Assembly (NCBI GenBank): GCA_010909165.1
Contig: MU008171.1
Coordinates: 558,001 to 622,000, forward strand
Direction of reading: 5' to 3'
From: Anthoceros angustus
Taxonomy: Eukaryota > Plantae > Anthocerotophyta
Length of the DNA stretch: 64,000 nt
Of the stretch, positions 38,863-52,252 are shown piece by piece (the stretch's first letter is position 1; each line of letters starts with the position of its first letter). The notes under the pieces were generated by a model. That model searched no databases. It was not told where the DNA came from and was given only the letters and a program-made list of their open reading frames with translations. Position numbers and translations under genes: made by a program.

Positions 38863-41800
38863 CTACGCGCTCAGCCCGAAGTCGCGTTCGGTCGCTCGTC
38901 GGTACAAAACGGCAGACGCTTCTATCCTGTTACCATCCACGCAACGACGCAACGCCGCATCAGCCATCAGCCCCGCGTCACACACAGCAGCGTTGCTTCC
39001 AAGTAACTTACCACGCAGGTCGCACCACGTGCCTGCCCGTTGCCAGCGCCCAATTCACCTGCATCACCCACGCCATAAAACCCTGTTCCAACAGACTGCG
39101 CATTCTCCAACCGACTCGCGCTCACGTGACTCACTCAACTCACTCACCTTGTCGGTACCCAACGAGATGGCCACCACGTGGGTAACTTCATCGTCGATTT
39201 GGGCGGTGCACAGGGCTCCGAACTGCTCTGCCATGCGCCACAGGTAATGGCACTGGGGTTGCGCTTCACCCACCGGGAACACTCGGCTGAACACGATCCG
39301 GCACCCGCTCAGGACGCTGCGCTGCTCCGAAGCAAGGATTGTCCTCACGTCCACTTCCCGGAGCCGCTGGTGGGAGAAGAAAGCGGAGTGCACCCTGTCG
39401 ATCACCTGCTCAGCCACAAGGTACAAGCCTAGCCACGTCAGCACCAACTCAAACGAAACAACCTCACACTGGAATTCCAAGACTCAGGCACCAACCCCCA
39501 ACGCCGAGGCCAGCATGCCGTCGGTTTCCCGCTCATCGTGTCCCACTTCCAGAAGAGATGGGCCGGGAACTCCAAATTGCCGCCTACTACAAGGGAAGAA
39601 CATGTACCTGTCACACCAAACGGCAGAGTGGGAAAACCAAGGCTCGTCAGTACCACCACTCATCACGTTCCAGTGCCCAGATCCCAATTAGGAGTCAAGA
39701 CAACACAAATAAGGCCTGCGCACTTTACCGCTCCACGACTATCAGATTCTGGCTGTGATGAGGCCAAACGCGGACTGAGTCATCGATGATCACCACCGCA
39801 GATTCCATGCCCATAACTCCATCCAAGTCCTTGCTTTTCGGGAGCTTCTCATCACCGTCCATAACCTCAGTTTCGTCTCCTTTAGAAATCACCCGATTGC
39901 CAAACAGCTTTCCCGTCGGGTCCAAAAGCTTGGCCATCTCTGTAGCATATACCTTGTTTCCCATCGTGTACACATGAAGATGGAACAGCTCACTAGCCTG
40001 CAAACAATACCACACACATCATATATAACCTTCCGTATCATGTGCCTTACATCAGTTAACTTCGCAACACAACCGACAGTCCCCTACTCTTGCAAGGAAT
40101 TTCCAAATGCCAGGCCTCAACTTGGTCCACATGCCCATATGCGCAAACCGATATAGCTCCCTCCGCCCGTTTTCGACTCTGTTTTTCTCGGCAGTTTCCG
40201 ATAACCGCAGCCGATGTTCCCACTCTGGCTCAATCTCAGAGAACTGGACCACAAACGGCTACGTCAGCACCCCTCAAGTAACTCAATGAACGCCACTACT
40301 TCTCAAGGTTCCTCATGCCCCGTGCATTTACCTTTGCAGAGTTCAACAGTGTGTGATCCAAATCCAGAACTAGGCAAAGCTTTCCTTCTCTGAACATACG
40401 ATCCTGCTCCTCCATCCTCCTCTCCCGTTCCTCCTGGAGAGCAGTGCGTCCTGGTTCATCAAGACCTTCCAGAATCTGCTCCAACTCTGGGTGGACTTGG
40501 CTAGCTCCCCACAGGCTTGAACCCCGTTGCTTCCGGGAAGCTGAGACAGCCTTCCGTGCCTTCTCCACTTGACTATCCACTACCTTTGCTGAATTCAGTT
40601 CCACATCTGCAAAGTTCACGAGGCATCACTAAATTGCCAATCCAAAACACGTTTTCCAAGTTGAAATATTCCACTTGACACGTACCGTTCCCCGTGTCCT
40701 TGCTCTCAGTTCCTTCCCCATCAATGCCAGTCCCATTGTCTAGGGGACTACTTGTCGTACTGTTGACCCCAAAGTCATCAACCTTCGACGCCAAAAAGAC
40801 CCACGTCACCCTTGGCTGCAGCATAAACCACAAAATGAAAGGTTGAAATCAGACTGAACTTACAGACCCTACCTCCACTGCTGGCTTTACTGGACTCTTC
40901 CGCATCTCATCATCCAAGTCATCTGAGCTATACTCAATCTGTTCACCCGTCTCTGTAGCATCACTACTTGATGCACCCACTGTTTCTTTGTCGACAGATT
41001 GTGAGACTTCTTGCTGTTTCAGCCTAGCAACAGCCTGCCCTAAAGCTTCCTCGTCAACTTCCATGTCCACAGGGCCACTGTATTGAATGGGAGTCCCCAG
41101 CCTATCTTCCAGCCATCCACCAGCCGTTTTTGTCCCAGTGACTCCTGTAGTTCCTGCAGGAGATGGATCAGCAACATCTATTCGTTGCCTCTTCACATCT
41201 CCAGTTTCCCAACGACAAACATCCATGTGCTCCTGTTTCCTAGCTCCACCAGAACCGAGCATTGCCCTCTTGTCAGGCTGAGCATTCAAGTCTACAGCCG
41301 AAGGCACACGTTCATAGTTCACTGGCAGCGACAAACTCGTTCGCAGGCTGGCCCCACTCGAATTGGTAGGCTGGTACACAGCCAGCTCTAGATTTCCAGC
41401 ATTCCCTGCATATCCAGCATTTCCAGCACTTCCAGTGATGGGAGGGAGACTCATGGGAGGGAGAGCCATGAGAGGGGGAGGGATGGAAGGGAGCATAGCT
41501 GACTGGGTGCGTTGCTCATTCCACACACGTGGCTGGACAGATGTGGGCAGGCTGTCTACTACTAGGTTTCTGCTTAGCCCTGCGGGTGCTGGGATGCCCA
41601 GAGTACAAGGAACAGGCAAGAGATCTGATGGGACAGGCAACCTCATCATAGGTTGTGTTGCATGCTGAAACTGATCCAACAGCTGCAGTTTCTCAGTATC
41701 GAAGGATGTCAGAACTGACTTCTCCTTGATGGCGCCAGCCTTTTCAGATTCATCTGGAGGAGTAGGGCTGGGCAACCTGTCACCTGTGAATTCTGTGCTT

Positions 41801-44307
41801 GGAATCCTTCCATAAGACGCTGCAGTCCTTGGTGGATCAAATCTTGGACGCCAAGAATCAGCAGCCCTTGGCTCAACTGTATGCGTCCGGCCCATGGCTG
41901 CTGATGAGAGATATGTAGACTTACCTGGGGGACTCATCTCCTCCCATTCATCCTCAATGTTGGGGAATGTATAAGGTACAGTTTCTACTTGACAGGAATG
42001 TCCAACAGGTGCATTACCGCCCCGAAATACAGGTCTTTCAAGCTCAGTCCATGGCCTGTATGACGGAAATGGGAGCAGCGGCCTGCTGGAAATACTTGAC
42101 ACGCCATTCAAGACGGGTCTGGCAGGTGAGGGCTGACGCCCTCCTGCTGCCCAAGGCCATGGAGGCATCTGCGCTCCCGGTAACTGACTCGCAGGGCTCC
42201 TGGACCTGATGTCTATAGGAGCAGTGGCACGAGCTGCAGCAGAACTCTGGGCATACGCAATTGCAGCAGCGGCAATAGCAGCAGCATCTGCTGCCTGCTT
42301 AGCATCTGCAAATTCATCACTTCTTGTCTCCGCTGTGCTTTCTGTGTCTGTAGACAATCTGGTGACGTAGTTTTCCACTAGAGTAGTCGCTGACGTAGAG
42401 TTTCCAGGAGATTCCTCATGCTTTGAGTTCCTTGGCAGGCAGTTCTTACTGGTATCAGCAACACGTGCATCCAGAACTTGATACTGAGAATTCCGGCTAG
42501 CCTTAGCAACAGTTTGCCTCATTCCTTCCAGCTGCACAAGGAACAGCAGCTGGACTTTTTAAGAACAGCTACAACCATGAGGCACAAACTTCCACATGAC
42601 TTTTGGAACATGGATACACAGCTCACCTCTCGGGATTCCTTTCTGAACAGCTTTGGTCCAAGACCATTGGCGAGATCCAACAGCCTGCAACAACACCACA
42701 TTTCCATGTGACCACACTGGTAGATAGAAACAAGAAGGTGTTCAGCAACTGCACGAAATTCCATGCATAACCACACCTCGGAAAAAGTTCCTTGTCCCTC
42801 TCTTGCTCTCTTCCACTAGCTGTATTCCAGATCTGTAGATGCCACAGTAGTTACAGATACAGTCAAAGGCTACCATGACCCTTGCAACCCGAGACAGGCA
42901 CACTGCGGAACTAAAACTGATGAACAACTCACAGTGAAGACGGAACGAATGCCAGCAAAAGCTTGGCGTGCCAATCCAGAAACATCAGGGGCTAGTCGTC
43001 CAGAAGTCCCATCTGCTGTCCTATCCACTTGAGGGCTACTCAGCTCATCAAGCAACTTGAGAGCTTTACAGAGTCGTTTGCAAACAGCACTAAATGTTCT
43101 GCAAATATTGCAAACAACAGTTAAGTCTCTCAACTGACACCAGAAAACTGCACAGGAAACAAACATCCACATTTTGCCCTTACTTCTGGGCGTCCCTCAC
43201 AGTTGCATTCTTCACTAGCTTTGTCACCATTGACACGGTATCTTTCCTGTCAAAAGTGGGTTTCTTCTCATCTAGATTCTCCCTTGGCAGTCTCTCTTGA
43301 CTAAGCTCTGCCTCCTTGAACGGCCTTGACCTGTCTCGCTCCCATCTCATCTGCTGCTTTGGGTAATCAAACTGTCGCAAAGTTCGCTCTCTGGAATGAT
43401 ATCCAGACTCTGGTCTATCAAACCCCCTGCCAGTGTCCCTTGGTCTGACAACTCCTAGGCCTCCCCTCAAATCATGTCTGTCATCACTGGGTTGCTCACT
43501 CTCTTCTAAGTGCCTCGATGGAGATTCCTTGGAAGAGGGTTCAGCAAGCTCGATTTCCCCTTCCTCCAGCTCCCCCTCCTCCAGGTCCTGAACTGGAGCC
43601 CCTTCCTGCACTACCCCGTCACCGTTCACTGTGCCATTCAAGAGTTGGCCTTGAAGACTGCCATTGGCACCTGCATGCTCCTTCTGGTCAGAGGTGCCCT
43701 TATTTTCGCGCCCTTTGCCAAAGTCAAGCCTGTCAGCAGCGCTTTCCTCTATCGAGCTCCCCCGTGACAAGCCACTCGCAGCATTTTCACCAACTCTGTC
43801 AGAATCTCTCCCATGTAACACCACCGTTCTCGACCTTCCAGACAACCAATTTGAACCTCTCATATCCCCAGCCTGTTCAATGCCGCTCTCCCCATACTCC
43901 GAAATCCCAGAGTGAGCATCGCCAGGACGAGAATTCGACCTGGAAAGGAGGGGTCCCGCCTTTGGGGAACCCTCCTTGACGGCGTGAGCCCAGGCCATGT
44001 TGTAAAGTGCGGAGGGAGCATACGATTTAGTTTTGCCAGGACTCGAGGAATACAGCAGGGAATCCCTTCTCCACCCTCTATCTTCCTCCCACTTGTTCCT
44101 CTCCAACGCATGATAATTTTCATCCTCCCGTCCACGTTCCCATTCTCTGCCATCCTTTTCATCTCTAAGCACATAAGGGGTTTTTCTGTGCAAGTGCACA
44201 ACCTCATCTAGACTGGCTCGCTTCTGCAGCATGGGGATATCCCTGCTCAAACCTGCGGACTGGGACTGATCCTCGTCCGATATTTCTCCTTCTTCGAATT
44301 CCTCCAT
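38863..44307 (-). CDS. CPL3: RNA polymerase II CTD phosphatase-like 3 (FCP1-like catalytic domain and BRCT), multi-exon
   Basis: N-terminal MEEFEEGEISD, KLCLVLDLDHTLLNSAK, MWTKLRPG, VVIIDDSVRVWPHH, BRCT RIVFSRVFPVG...VTHVVA. Last exon IEASAVLYRRATERDFGLSA* with stop at 38863. Confidence 0.93.
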
Positions 44308-45240
44308 CTTAGGACAGAGCTGATTCTCCTTCTCGTCTCAACGATTTCAACTATCTGATAATTAGGTTTCAAGCCCCGCCCGCTCCCCTCCCCAGCCCCC
44401 TTTCTCCTCTTCGAGCCTCTGTCACTGACAGACCTTGCTCAGCAAGATTCCTACGATTGACCGCCTGTTCACCTGTCGAGCACAGCTTAGATCTTCCCGG
44501 GCAATCTACGATCCCAGATCGTCCTCAAGACACCCTCAGCCTCCACCACTCCGGACTGTCTCAGAGCCCCGGTTAAGAAGAAACGGGACTGCAAAACCCA
44601 CTCTACCGCCTCGCCATGAGGCAGACAGCCGATGGGCCGATCTTAGGAGCAAGCAACGCCCGGCTTGACAATACCCTGAGGTGCGTCCGACACCTCTTTA
44701 GCCACAAAGTCGGGCAGATCTGACCAGTGTCGGGCAGCCGGAAAGAGGGTTGGTCCGGGATCAAGGCTTCCTGCGGTTGCGATTACCCGTTTAAGGTTCG
44801 ATCGTCACAGAAATGTTGCCAAAAGCATGAGAGTTGTTTCTCTTTTCCTCTGCACTTATGCGAGGCGGATCGATCCTTCCGGGTGCAACACTCCACGATC
44901 GAGAACTCCCGAGGCAGCCGCACTCACAGACATGTCCAACGCCTGCTTTCATACCAACCCCCATGACATGACACCAAACCTCCCGCACACCACCACAGCG
45001 CCCAGTAGTTGAGCCCAGCACGGTACATAGCTCACTCCACCCTGCAGACAAGGGTATATATATCATGGGATGGTCAGGCTCAAGGCTTTTGAGCATTTCT
45101 TAGTCACCAGTGTCATGGGATGGTCAGGCTTTTGAGCCTTTCTTAGTCTCTTAGTCTTAGTCTTCGGTAACCCTACTCTCCCCACGAGTTAGGCCACTTG
45201 GGGTTTAGGTGTCACGCCGTAAACCCCGCAACATATATGA

Positions 45241-45398
45241 GCCATTTTATTAGTAGGTAGGCTATCGGGCCTATTTATTAGTAGGTAGGTTATCGGGCCT
45301 ATTTATTAGTAGGTAGGTTATCGGGCCATTTTATTAGTAGGTAGGTTATCGGGCCATTTTATTAGTAGGTAGGTTATCGGGCCATTTTATTAGTAGGT
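45241..45398. repeat. 29-bp tandem array (about 5.5 copies) at the 3' end of the LINE fragment
   Basis: ttattagtaggtaggttatcgggccattt repeated; contains AATAAA on the - strand. Confidence 0.9.
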
Positions 45399-45399
45399 A

Positions 45400-46376
45400 T
45401 TACAGAGAGGGCATAATGAAAATTAACTGCTATTCTGAGACTGGCCTTGAAACTAGTGTTGTGAAGCATAATCAAATATGTGGCAGGTTGAAAACTTGAA
45501 TATGCTTCCTTCTCGTTTCTCACATTTGTTTCAAGCAAGTTCTTGCGATAATGGGGTTCAGAAACGAGAAAAAACTCCTGAGTGAACATCGAGCTGTCGT
45601 AAATAAATTGATAAAAGTATGCCTAATATCTTCATAAATGGGACATAGGAACACAAAGTGTTCTTCACTCTCAACACCCCTGTTACATAACTTGCAAATT
45701 CTGGACTCCTTTGGTGGCTTTGGACTTAGCCATCTATTCGTCTCAATCCTGAAACGGTGAGACCCGACACGAAGGTGACCCGTAATCATCCTAAGCTTGA
45801 AAGACACATGGGTGCGAAGATAGAGAAGAAGCACTGGTTTCCCAGAGTTGGAAAGGATGCGGAAAAGTTATTTATAGGTATCGAGCTTAGTGGGTAAGGG
45901 AGAGACAGGAGACCAAGTATAGGACAAATAGATAGTTTGCAGCTCAAGGTGGATGGACTTATTCGGGGGGAGGGGGGAGAAACTGGAAGAGAGGGTGGGC
46001 TGGAAGACTCTTGGGACAAAATCCAAACTTATGGAGCCAGGAAGAAGACTGGGCATACTAGCAGGTCTTGTTACCTGAGGAGGCTAACTTCTGAGAGGAC
46101 TGAAAGGCAAGGAGGAGGTATGAGGGAGTAGATGTTGGGTGATTAGAGTAAGCTTCTTCTAAAGAATAGAGACAGTATAAGAAGTTGGTTAAGCGGAATA
46201 GACCTTCCAGTTCGAGCGGGAAGGTGGCAAATTTTGCAAGAAAGATGGCAAGGGGGACGGATTTCTTACATACAGTGTGGGGCCGAAGAAAGGATGTCTG
46301 GACCTCTTCCACATGGACCCTATAGCTGTTAGGCTCCGTAATGCCAAGTGGACTGATTTTTTTTAGGCAAGCCATT
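45400..46376 (-). mobile_element. 5'-truncated non-LTR retrotransposon ORF2 C-terminus (RTEX-like CCHC end)
   Basis: GHLRVGSHRFRIETNRW...RICKLCNRGVESEEHFVFLCPIYEDIR; frameshifted. Confidence 0.75.
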
Positions 46377-47589
46377 GGGCAAACAAGATTTGGACTTTTA
46401 AATTATGTATTTTAATTTCTTTTACTTATAACTAGGCATCTATTATTAGTAAGAGGAAATAGAGATGCATGTACATCCATGTCCATGTCCATAGCATGTA
46501 GAATTTCTTTTAAATTAGGCATTTTTTAGTGAATCGATCGGGTATTTACAGACCAAGTAATTTAGAGGACCAAAAAGGGGCTTACAACATCAGCCCCAAA
46601 GGGCTTCAGAAGAGATCATAAATCGGGCAGCAACGAGGGGCTATAGAAGCTCATATAGCAACGGCTCTTTTTGCGGGCGAAACAACAAAGATCATACATC
46701 TCTCGGCCGCAAAGGGCTTGAGAACCCTATGGGAGCGGCCCTTTTTGTGGGCGAGACACCTTATATCATTTATAAGACAACCCCGAAAGGCTTCAAAACA
46801 AGGAGGCCACCAAGAGCCTGGAATACTTAGGGGATTAATCGGCACGGAATAATCGGGGCTTCTTCAAGTTTTATCTTTTTCAAGATATCATCATTGTAAT
46901 TAATTTTCCTACTGTATCCAAAGTTCACATTGCTATAAGTTCCTCTTAACTTGTATTCCTAGCACAAATTTGAGTTCACCTACACGAAGCTTTCATATCA
47001 TATTTTTATCCGTGTTGCTTGGTAAGATAAAGACAGCTACACAGAGACACAATAACACATAAGCCTCACTTGTATGGAGTATGTACACATTCGAGTCAAA
47101 TGGGCTTTGAGTAACGCATGAAAAGGGTAAGATATAGATCCTTAAGTACCAGCGTTTAGGATTTTGTATAAGTTCATATATTTTTTAGATCCTTATTTTG
47201 AAAAGTCTGCATAATTAGTTGGGATACTTGGAATCCATGCACATGTCGGGCTAAGACATATAGATGATCTCATCAAGCTCTCCGTATAAAAACGTAATGC
47301 TAACAATTATTTGGTGCAAGATTACTAGATTACTTTCAGCAGCTAAAACAAGGACAAATCTAATGGGCTCATGCTTGACCACAAGAGCATACTGATGTGG
47401 GTCGTAGTTCACCTAAGGCTTCTGGGTGAAGCCCATTGCCATAAGCGGTCGAGCTTTATACTAAGAAGTGACCCATATGCGTTATTTAGTAGCACCCATT
47501 TGCAAGAAACACTTGAATGTCCCGGAGGTAAGTCTTCTGGACGCCTTGTTTCAATTTGGAATAAGGATTTTTGCTTAGAGTTTATAGTA

Positions 47590-47900
47590 TCGAGCTAGCC
47601 TGCCTTTCGCCTCCAAGATCGAGCTAGCCTCTTCGTGTCCAAGATCGAGCTAGAATTGTAAGATAGGCTAGCCTGCCTTTCAAGTCCTCTTCGTGTCCAG
47701 CATCAAGCTAGACCTGTAAGATAGGGCTAGCCTCTTTCGGCTCCGGATCGAGCTAGCCACATCTTTCGTGTCCGACATCAAGCTAGACCTGTAAGATAGG
47801 GCTAGCCTGTCTTTCAAGTCCTGTCTTTCAGGTCCAGCATCGAGCTAGAATTGTAAGATAGGGCTAGCCTGTCTTTCAAGTCCTGTCTTTTAGGTCCATA
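47590..47900. repeat. Complex tandem repeat built from atcgagctag / tgtaagatagggctagcct / tcttcgtgtcc modules
   Basis: Multiple shuffled copies seen directly. Confidence 0.8.
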
Positions 47901-48399
47901 GAGAGAAATGTGCGTAGGGACAATATACTCAGATTCTCGAACACTGGGAAGACGGGAGCGATGTACCTCACTCGCATGATCTGTTGAGAGATACAAGAGA
48001 GTAACATGGTAATTCTGTAAGGAGGTTTATATACGAACCCCCTTCCGGTGTTGCAGAACCCCTTTGACGAAAATCACTCGGTATCTAAATCACGCAAAGC
48101 CATCAGCCTCCTCGACAATGGACCATTCTTGGCCCCCGACTAAGTCATGAACAACACAATTGAGGCATACACACACGATAATAGGGTGCGCGCTGGCCGG
48201 CTACCGGATGAAGCCATGATGGAAGAGGGACGTTTTAAATGTGCACTTCGCAAAATGGCACCGATAGACACATGGCATAATGAAGTTTATGTCCGAATCC
48301 TAATACATTGGATCCGGTTACTCGTGCGGGCTATTCGGGTCTCAACTGGGCCCCGAATGAGCGAATCTAAAACTACAGCTAGGTTTCGATACGCCCAGT

Positions 48400-51300
48400 T
48401 CTTCTTCACAAACTGCCATTCTCACCCAAAGCGTTGTCGCCGTTGTTAACCTCCGGCGCTTGGACACGACGTGGAGGTTGCCATATGGTATCCGCTTGCT
48501 GTCCTTCCTCCAACACCCGCCTGCTCGGTCTTCATCCTCCGCACTCAAAGAAACAACTTGGGCCTTTGAACAATCCTTTTCACTTATACAAACCTCCTTT
48601 GCCCAGGCTGCGAAGGGCCTGCGATGGGGCTCAAGGTAAGCTCTTCTTGACATCCGGAGAACCTCGATCCGTGGATGCGCTGGGGATGTATCCAAAGACA
48701 CCGTAAGTCCGCCGATGGCGATCGGTTTCTTCCACGAGCAAGGTGCTAATACCGTTGTGCCACTCCGAGCATGCGTCCACCACCCGTCTCCTTCTTTTGA
48801 GAAGGTCTTGATCAATTTCATCATCGCCCAAGAGGCCTTTGGTATGGGCATACCACCAACTTGTCATGGGACAAGTACACCGCTTCTTTACCATGTGTCA
48901 TGGCCTATGACGGACCTCCCATTGTTAAAAGTGCCATGCATGGCATTCGCATCATCGAGCTCGATCCTTTGAACACCCATCTTTCAAGCCCCATCCGGTC
49001 ACATACTCCATCGCTTCAAATCCGCCCCTATCATTGCTCATGTTGGTTTTATCCCAGACGAAAGACACCAGGCCACCCTTCTTACACCATCTGCGCATCG
49101 ATTCCCGTATTGTGTGGGCTTCCTCCACTCCATGCATAACAATCATGCGGAAGTCTTCGCTGGTGGTTTTTTCATGAAAACTGTACTCGTCATAGTCGCA
49201 TCCATCCGTTTGTTCATAGGCCCAATATCAAAGCCTCTGGACACATCCATGACCAATAGTGGTACCTCCTCACCCGAAGGTAGCCCCACGTGTCCAGAAT
49301 ATCTCGCTTTTCCAATTGGTAATGAACCTCCTTCTCACCACAGAATAGAAATGTGCAGCCCTTCATGAAGATCTCAGACCGCCATACCGCTCGCCTTCCA
49401 AACTCTTCCAATTATTGATCTCGAAAATGAAATTTTAAAGTCCTCCGGCATTTTCTCGCAAGTTGTCTATATCCTTCAATTCTTTGCAGGGCAAAACGAG
49501 TAAGTGCATATACAGATGCGTGAAACATTATGCACCCGTAGATCTCAAGGCTTGAGGCGCCGGCCGGCCGCCTCCTCAAGCCCCTTGAGTTCTATGGAGT
49601 GGATCTGAGATGGCGCCGGCCGGCCGGCCCGGCACCCGGTCCCCACATCACATGTGGAAGTGGCCTCGCCACCGCCGCAAGAACGTTAGGGTTTGTAATG
49701 CATTTACATATGAGAGAATTAGAAAACGATGGGTAGTATGGCACACCTTCCCAAATAATGCCGTCTGAACCGAGCTATCATTTCGTCGATCGAATGCAAA
49801 GGATATTCCACCTAACCTCTTCGAATGATGAGCAGCCCAAGTGTTTTACCATAGCCACTTGTATAACATGAAACTTCTTCCGTAAGGTAATCTCCTCATC
49901 CATACCTTTTAGGTCGATAATACTGTCAACACCTTCCTACCGATGAGTATCCGACGCACTCTCCATGGAATCCTTGAACGATTTCCACGGCTTTGCTAGC
50001 ATATCCTTGACTTCACGTAAAGGTCAACAACCGAGCCTCCTCTTGTACCTTCCGTTTGCCTTTGCCCTTCTTACTTGTTCCGCAGAACATGTTTTCTCTC
50101 CCAATTCTCCAGCCTCCCATTTTGAAAATATTCGATCCACGTTGTCCCAAACCTTCCCCTCCTGTTCGCAATGCATAAGATGTGGGTCCGATTGTCCACC
50201 TTATTCGCTTGTAAACATCGCCTTCCGACCTCCGTCGTCCTCAATCAAGCCCAATACACGGTATAGGTTGAATTTCCAATTCATGGTCATCTGGACATCA
50301 TCTCGCCGCAATAAGTAGTTCGTCCTCAAGTACCGACCGCTCAATGAAGGACATCTTCTTCCTTTTATCGACATCGTGACAGGTTGCTGCGATTTCGCAT
50401 TTCACCACATACAAGACATGAGCTTCCACATATTGGAAGCGTGTTTTCCCGAGATATATCGCCAAATGTTTCATGGCTGCAAAGGTATGGTTCCCACCAA
50501 GAACGCCCATAACATATTTCTTCGCTCGAACCTTTTCCATCCAACTTGAGGTTGTCACACTCGGTCGATCATGCAAAGGAGAGGCAACACGCCCTCCTCA
50601 ATCCTTCCCTTCGATATTACACGAGCCAAATAATTTGCCCATGCCTCGTCCACTCTCCTTATCTGCGCATCCGGTGTAATATGGGATGCCGGTTTCAAAT
50701 TCTCCACTTCACTATCGCTTTCGAACCACCTTCTTGGAGTAAGCGAGTCCCGAATTCGTGTCAAAGGGTGCATCTCGATAGCATCCTCCAGCCTTTCCTC
50801 GTGCATACGAACATGAATAAAGGGTGGCAATGTTTTCCGGATGGTCCCCTTTTCCTCCATCTCTTCGACTTCTTCTTCCCACTACCGCCGCCACATCGCC
50901 ATCGTCCGTCCGGCAGAGACATCCGTAGGTGCTCTTCCGCTTTCCCACCTCGCTCCACCACATCACCGCCTGGCTCCTCTTCGCCCTCACAGGCGCCGGC
51001 CGGCGCCCAGTCTCTCCTCCTTCTTGTGCGAGTGCGAATGGGCGCCGGCGGCCGGCCGGCGGCGCCTAGTCCATCTCCCCAACGGAAACTGGACAAACCA
51101 GTTTGGGTTTGGGGTCATCAGGTCTTCCCCCATCCGCCCAGAGTCAGGGGCGCCGGCCGGCCGGCGCCCCTGATTGTCATCCGCATCGATGCGGACGGTA
51201 GGAACAAGGTCTGCAAAGTTCAGGATGTCCTCTGCATCCCTATCCTCGTCTTGGTCGCCTGACCCTTCTCCATCTGAATGACCCAGCACATCTGGGATCG

Positions 51301-52252
51301 GGCCATCATCCTCGTCGGATGGTCCCAGTTCACTATCTCGCATCTGCCGCACTGCTATCTCGCATCATCCTCATTCTGTCATGCTCTCTCGCTCTCCTCA
51401 TAGACAATACGCACTGTGCTACAAGATCCGACACCTTTCCACACAACACGATAAGAGCTCTTCCTACTGGGTGGCTGCAAAGAAACATGATGCAAATCGA
51501 GGAGAAAGCACATCGGTGACACAAATCAACAAAACAAAATTCACAGTCCATGGCATATCCGTGCTTACACTCGGTTGCCGCATTGCTTCTCGAAATACCT
51601 CGACAAGCTCGGGAGGACCACATTTCTTAGCATGAAACCCAAGGACGAGCTCATACGCCCTATACATTTGAGGGTCTTGAATCATGCGTCAAACTCCGAG
51701 GCCTTGTTGTGCAAAACAACGTGAACACCGGTTCTTCGTCCATGTCCGTGGTCGCCCATACTACCCATCCAGCCCTCGCTCTTTGGTTAGGCAATGCTCC
51801 CTGTAACCCATGATCCACAATTTCAATAGTGGAGTCGAAAACGTTCTCATCCTCCTCGCTCGCATCCCGTGTCACCATCCAATCTTTCTCAAGCATTGAT
51901 GGGATCCATCCGAGCATCTGACGCCGAATGATCACAGTCTCCTCGTAGGTGAAGGCGAAGGAATCCGCACAGCCGCCTGGGCTTTGTGACTTCTCCACTC
52001 CAGCTCCCCTCTTTCCACCGCCAGCCGGGCCTTCGCAGACGCTGCCAGCGGATTTCGCTTGCCCGCCCGATGCATGCCCACCCTTGGCTTGCTCACCACC
52101 TCCGATCGCATCACGCGATGGTTGTCGCCTTTCCCAAGTCCCTCGGCCGCACTAGCCGCCCGCTTACTCCCCGCCTGGATTTCTTGCTTTGGGAGGAGGT
52201 CACCGGCGCCGCACATCCGCCAAATCCTTCTTGCTCCGTCGTCGCTTGCCAT
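48400..52252 (-). pseudogene. Transposon cargo gene: unknown N-terminal region, acidic linker, ParB-like domain, beta-class N6A/N4C DNA methyltransferase (frameshifted as assembled)
   Basis: ParB-like QIRRVDEAWANYLARVI...VLGGNHTFAAMK...MSFIER at 50330-50680. MTase at 48700-49290 reconstructs across 1-2 nt gaps to CPYQxP..WAMMKLIKTFSKEGDxVVDACSxSGTTVLAxLLxGRNxIAI, with FVWDK...AMEYV upstream. Probable intron at about 49485-49746. That these form one gene is inferred. Confidence 0.72.

Noticed and set aside
46500-47050. Possible solo LTR
   Set aside because: LTR-like composition, but I could not find a partner LTR, clear termini, TSD or a convincing PBS.
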